Positions 63,234 to 64,000 of a stretch of 64,000 bases of DNA are shown here, one piece after another (position 1 is the stretch's first letter; each line of letters opens with the position of its first letter). The stretch covers positions 10,178,698 through 10,242,697 of the forward strand of contig OZ037765.1 of NCBI GenBank assembly GCA_964035545.1, written 5' to 3'. The notes below the pieces were generated by a model. That model saw nothing but the letters and a program-made list of their open reading frames with translations, was not told the origin of the DNA and did not search any database. The position numbers were made by a program, and so were the translations under genes. This DNA is from Bugula neritina (lineage: Eukaryota; Animalia; Bryozoa).

Positions 63234-64000
63234 AGTTTATAGCTTACACAGTCAATAGAGTATGAAAATATATATAGTATGAAAATAATGTAACTTGTTC
63301 ACTATTATTGTGATTGTCAACTACTTATAAAACCATTTCACAAATGTATAGCACAAGGTTATAAATTATATATATAGCACCACATTCTGGCAAGAAAAGG
63401 CTGTAATTGGCTAATGATTAAACAGGTGTACTCAGCACTACATTTTCACAATAAATAAATGAAACTGAGTTTTATTTATTCCCTCTCAAGGTTACATGAA
63501 TCTTAAGATGGTAACAGATTAATACCGGTTGGCAATGTCTTTGGTGCAACTGTTTGTCATGGAGGGAGAGTGATGGTACATCTATCTAGCGATTTTTGTT
63601 AGCATTTTGACCAGATGATGCTTCACACCAACGCATTACATAAAGATAACCTTTTCAGGAAGAGGACATAACTGAAACTACTATAGTAATTATTCGAGCA
63701 TTTGGTTGAAGCCCCGAAATACCAAAGCTTAACATTTTAAGTTAGGGCTATGTAATTATGTGATGATAAAATATAAGCACTGTAACAAAGTTTTCCCACC
63801 ATTTAAATATAACCGGACGTAAAGGCAAGATGAAGGTCTTGGTTGCTCTTGCATTGCTATTCTGTGCTGTTTCAGTGAGTAGTGCATTTTAAACAATGAA
63901 CTATTATACCAAGTATAGCACATTACTTGCACAGGTATTTGTCTTGCTATATGCAATGTAATATTTTAGGCTGACTTTTTCCCATTTGGATCTCTGCCAT

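Noticed and set aside
63480-64000. Possible coding or transposase remnant at the right edge
   Set aside because: The minus-strand frames I read are short or interrupted by stops, and I recognise no motif.

Overview
AT-rich, intron-rich animal (probably invertebrate) genomic DNA; not prokaryotic, and no CRISPR, rRNA or true tRNA was seen. I reconstructed six spliced genes by hand from GT/GC-AG junctions and reading-frame phase. (1) A ~40-exon, ~1,700-aa coiled-coil protein gene on the minus strand (1507-27883). (2) A 3-exon orphan gene nested antisense in one of its introns (10869-12884). (3) A 2-exon, 104-aa secreted prohormone gene predicted to release a 33-aa amidated peptide (35413-37068, +). 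(4) An 11-exon class B1 GPCR of the CRF/DH44-receptor type (37589-46915, -), lying tail-to-tail about 520 bp from the prohormone gene. (5) Major vault protein MVP (50850-55986, +, 13 exons, first two introns GC-AG). (6) Beta-ureidopropionase UPB1 (56468-62782, -, 11 exons). Also present: a tRNA-derived SINE family (5 copies), a TA-flanked MITE family (4 copies), a MULE-like foldback element, other hairpin elements and several micro/minisatellites. The most interesting candidate is the physically linked peptide precursor and divergent CRF/DH44-like receptor, a possible undescribed ligand-receptor pair. All family assignments come from motif recognition, not database searches.
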